From contig MU004183.1 of the NCBI GenBank assembly GCA_010093605.1, positions 1,054,001 through 1,118,000 of the forward strand: a DNA stretch of 64,000 bases, read 5' to 3'. The position numbers and the translations under genes are program-made. Under the pieces are notes generated by a model. It saw only the letters and a program-made list of their open reading frames with translations, searched no databases and was not told the DNA's origin. Below are positions 62,154 through 64,000 of the stretch, one piece after another. Positions within the stretch are counted from its first letter, which is position 1, and each line of letters opens with the position of its first letter. Source of the stretch: Lophium mytilinum (taxonomy: Eukaryota).

Positions 62154-63258
62154 ACGGCATCTTTTAGCTCTTATACCCATCTGAAGCAGCGGCCAAATGT
62201 CGAGACGAGTTGGAAACGAATCATGGACGGATTGACGAGTGATGTCGGCTGGGTCGGGTAGATGGATGGGTCGGGTCGGAGCATCTTTGGGATCGGGGCG
62301 GGCATTCTGGAATGTTTACTGTACTTTCCTTCTTTCCTGCACTAAACTGAGCTTAGACAACCTATTCGATATCTTGGACAAAATCTTCTCATGTGTGGGT
62401 TTTAGCTAGTAAAACTAATTCTACCTTTAGCGCTTCGGCCGGTTAACGATCGATCGTCTTTACCTTGACAAACCTTGCCTTTCCTATTGGATCTTGGAGG
62501 ATATGTCTGAGGTCGCCTATACAATAGCGTTTCAACTTTTATTGCATCTATCACTGACTTCATCTACGATGTGCAACAGTTGACATGTTATCTAGATGAT
62601 GGGAATACTACTGGCGCCCTCCCAGACCCAATGTACCCAAATTCCTCAGCCTGATTCAAGGGTTTACATGTTGTCCAGATTTTTGAGGGTCCATTGAAGC
62701 AACTCCAGGCTGTACAGATCAATCGAAACGTAAGGTCGTCGCCAGCAACCTATTCAAGACGTGAGAAGCATTCCCAGTCGTCGAGCTCCGAAGTGCCTTA
62801 CTAGGGGCACCTCCGGACGTTGCAATTAGGTGCTGAAATCAACTTAAACCACTGATTCTTGTTCCATCATACATCTTGATCGGCTAATGCTCATTCATTT
62901 ACGGCTTGATCGTTTCTATAGCTGTCGAATAATGGCACCCAATATATTTCGTGTCCGACTACATAGATCAACTTCTAGCATTTGACCCAACCAGGTTTTT
63001 GTCAAGACTTTTGTCTCCTAGCTTTCAAAGTCAGAGATTCATCCATACGATCCGCGGATAACAAAATACCATTTTCCAGCCAACTCCACGGTCTATGCAA
63101 AAGACATCCTCCCACGTCACATGAAGACGACTTGAATCCAGTCAGCCGATCTAAGGTATCCCTCCAAAGTCAAAATAACTCCAGAACTCCAACCATGAGC
63201 CAGATGGTAGGTAGCATGCCAAAACTGTAATCTCCAAACCAAAAAAATGCTTTTGAAC

Positions 63259-63953
63259 TCATCTGATATCGAGTTGAAACGGTTTAAACTTCCCGCCGAT
63301 GGCACCACATTGTGGACATCGTGAGATGCGTCCTCGGCTCTGTGCGCTTACTAATACGTCGACGCAGTCTTGACACAGCCCACATATGCATTCTGTGCAA
63401 GCATAGCTTTCCTTGAGAATGGACAGTCGGCGGCAAGCTGCACAGTATATCTGTACAGGTTGCAGGAACATGGGGGAAGAATCCGAGAGACCCTGGGCGG
63501 TCATGTGGAAATTCTGACCAGACTGAATTGACTCAATCGACGATTCGACGGAAGGGAATGGCTGAAGGTCGTTGTGTTCCGGCAGCGGCGGCGGCGTCAG
63601 CGTGTTCTGCAATGGAGATGCAGTGTAGGATTGGAACTGAGACGCAATGTATGGGGGCAGGGACGCTCGGTTAAGCAAGTGTGGGGAGTGGTGGGGCGAG
63701 CCAGGTATCTGGGAATTATGGTCAGATATAAGCTTTCAACGGGGGAATAAATATGTAGGACTTACAGGCGTAAGGTCTCGGCTGTCCTCTTCGGTTGCTG
63801 AAGCTGCTGCGTCAATCAGATCCTCCCACCTCTTGCCGTATATAGCTGCAGCCGTCTGTGGCTCGGCCGAGAATGCCTTCCTGTCATGGCTCATTCTGCG
63901 AGCGTGCTCTTTGGATTTTGTTCGTTCATGCTTTGGCTTGCGAGCATTCTGTC
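63259..63953 (-). CDS. Conserved fungal protein with a C-terminal Cys-rich RING-like zinc finger (5' exons off-window)
   Basis: An exon starts after branch/acceptor CTAAC...TGTAG at 63954: QNARKPKHERTKSKEHARRMSHDRKAFSAEP...GKRWEDLIDAAASATEED. Intron at 63709-63765. C-terminus CAAC...CTECICGLCQDC...CPQC...FKPFQLDIR. Confidence 0.8.
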
Positions 63954-64000
63954 CTACAGAGTTTTTGCGGGGTCGGTTAGGTTTTATAGAGCGAGGAATA

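Noticed and set aside
63891..63947. Apparent uORF whose TGA overlaps an ATG (ATGA) of the RING-like gene
   Set aside because: A branch site and acceptor at 63954 and an open coding frame show that this ATG is internal. The gene starts outside the window.

Overview
This is a gene-dense, intron-containing region of a filamentous ascomycete genome (Pezizomycotina, probably Dothideomycetes; the class is my inference). It has short introns of about 45-60 nt with CTRAC branch sites. It carries about 20 mostly conserved housekeeping genes: RPT6 (3' part off-window), a VNX1-type cation/H+ exchanger, SKI2, NMD5/SXM1 importin, trimethyllysine dioxygenase, RPT5, BTA1 betaine-lipid synthase, complex I NUXM, Aquarius, SGS1/RecQ, a group II PLP decarboxylase, a DUF3112-like membrane protein, a PHD + 2x CCHC protein, SPT7, a VanZ-family protein, RPS26, a CBS/PB1 protein, PSE1/KAP121 and a RING-like protein (5' part off-window). 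There is also one tRNA-Arg(CCG) gene. I see no intact mobile element, rRNA or biosynthetic cluster. The most unusual signals are: (1) an inverted copy (27 bp perfect, 30/31 extended) of the tRNA-Arg(CCG) 5' leader plus first 15 nt about 820 bp away, bracketing unannotated DNA; (2) an intronless orphan-like protein combining a PHD finger with two gag-type zinc knuckles next to SPT7; and (3) several splicing oddities, including GC-AG introns, stop-free 3n introns in NMD5, and an RPS26 5'UTR intron. I cannot demonstrate a new biological system from sequence alone. Gene identities come from recognised motifs, not database searches.
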